Assembly (NCBI GenBank): GCA_965153455.1
Contig: OZ234493.1
Location: forward strand, 31,734,213 to 31,798,212
DNA: 64,000 bases
Direction of reading: 5' to 3'
DNA from: Sphagnum compactum
Lineage: Eukaryota
This document shows, in pieces, positions 62,300 to 64,000 of the stretch. Within the stretch, counting starts at the first letter, position 1. Each line of letters begins with the position of its first letter. The notes under the pieces are model-generated. The model made no database searches. It was given only the letters and a program-made list of their open reading frames with translations, and had not been told where the DNA came from. Both the position numbers and the translations under genes were made by a program.

Positions 62300-64000
62300 T
62301 GTGCTTTCACCTAAAAGGGTTTGGAGTCATTTGCATAATGGTCAATTGAGATTTAGCATCGCCATGGATGATGAAACCCTATCATCCATTACCAAAATCT
62401 TCCCCATACATGTGCACCTTCATTGATGCTTGGATTTGTTGCAAGCTTCTTGCCACTTGCCATTGCCATGCAAGTTGAAAAGATCAATCACCACCTATCA
62501 TCCTATGTATGGACTCAACACATTTTGCCATGATCACCTTTCATTATGCAACCTCAAGATCATGGTCACTAGCTAGATAGAATCAACACAAATGTGTAAA
62601 GGTCGATTTGTATGATGAATTCTAAACACTAAGGTAGCTTCATGAATGTTCAAAATGGAACAATGGGAGGGATCTCATAGATTAAAGGAACCTAGGTAAC
62701 AAAAATGTAAAATGATATATCATAGCATTTCTTGATGTAAGTTGATCTTGTTGCAAATCTTTGTTGCAATTTGCATTCAGTCTTATACCAACATGTTCTT
62801 GAATGTAAAATGTGCACAACAACAAAAAAAATAGGGGACTTGAAGGTTAATATTGTTGTTTCTCAAGCTTGATTTAAATTACAAATGATTTGTACTAATT
62901 TTGATTTTCAATTTTCGAATTTTTTCTTCATTCCAACTCTTTGGTGGGTATATCAAGAAATTATCATCAAGAGTTTCTTTCCTATGAATGTGCTACTAGT
63001 TGGTGACCTTGGAACCATCAAATCTCAATTGTTCCAATACATGCACAAAATTGCGCCATGAGACGTCTACACTAGTGGATGAGGAAGTTCAAATATAAAA
63101 TTGGCAGCATATGTTGGCTAGGATCTTGATACCTATATGAGATTATGATCTTGAACCTTATCTTGTAACGCTTTTGTGAAATGTATTTATCAAAGGCTCT
63201 AGATAAAGAAGTGCAAAGTTTTAATATGGATGAATTATGATGCAATGTTTATTGACTTGCATATTGTAGGTGTTATATTGAATCTTTCAAGGCATGGGGG
63301 AGGGAGAACGTGGTGGAAACCTTCAATACCCTTAACCCCAACAATGCATAGACTAGATATTTTTGTGCTTATTATTGCCGACTTGGTAAACAATTAGTTC
63401 ATTGTAAACCTTTTGCCAACATTCCTGGGTTTGTGGATGTAACTTATGAATTATTAAAGTTTTTAATGTGTATAGAAACCAACCCATGGCCCTTGTATGC
63501 AATTTGCATGTCCATGTAGACTTGTGGATGGTGGGCCTTTGCCAAGTGCCACACTCAAATAAAAATACCCAATCCAACATAAATCTTACCATGGGGCCTT
63601 GAAGTGATGGTTTTCTTTTGAAACAAAAGTTGTTAAGAGGCGTTACATCGATTAGTTGATGTGAAGGCTAATTACGACAATGGAACGGCATTATACGCAC
63701 TAAGTGAAAATGAAGAGGTAGGAGTTCATAAAGAACAAGATTGAGGTACAACTTGTGGCCGCAAGTGTGGAAATGGCATTGTTAATCCCACACATTGATG
63801 TGATTCACTAGACTTTGGTGGGTGAAGACAATGTTAGTGCATGGATGGTGCAAAGCCAACCCATCCTGGTGTCATTTATAATATTCATGTCCCTTTCACT
63901 AAGTAGGCATCTTGCACATGCGAGTGGGCATTGTGTGGAAATTCGTGCAAGCATTAAGTTGTTCTCATGACGTGTGTCAACCTTACTCCAAATAATATCA
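62300..64000 (+). mobile_element. Decayed MULE/SWIM zinc-finger transposase-like remnant
   Basis: 'ASCTCEWALCGNSCKH' (CxC-x7-CxH SWIM finger) at ~63908-63955, with upstream broken 'WMVG...PHSN...SYHGALK'. Many stops and frameshifts; the left boundary is approximate. Confidence 0.6.

Overview
Eukaryotic, intron-rich land-plant nuclear DNA; the gene and repeat style suggests a moss such as Sphagnum (inference, not verified). I reconstructed seven protein-coding genes by hand: a GTD/DUF593 myosin-binding-type coiled-coil protein (+), RFC small subunit RFC4 (+), U2AF65 (+), an LISCL/SCL14-type GRAS factor (+), a head-to-head RPL10 (-)/RPL18 (+) pair, and SEC61 alpha (-). The AT-rich intergenic blocks hold decayed transposon remnants (CACTA Tnp2, RLE-type non-LTR, copia RNase H, hAT, MULE/SWIM), dispersed repeats, a ~1.2 kb inverted duplication carrying a TSD-flanked LINE 3' end, and a 30-bp minisatellite joined to a GC-rich hairpin. 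The most interesting signals are in U2AF65: a branch point/U-tract/hairpin/AG module in a long intron (candidate autoregulatory splice switch), a 6-nt microexon, a GC-AG intron, and acceptors lacking polypyrimidine tracts. All homology calls come from motif recognition, with no database search.
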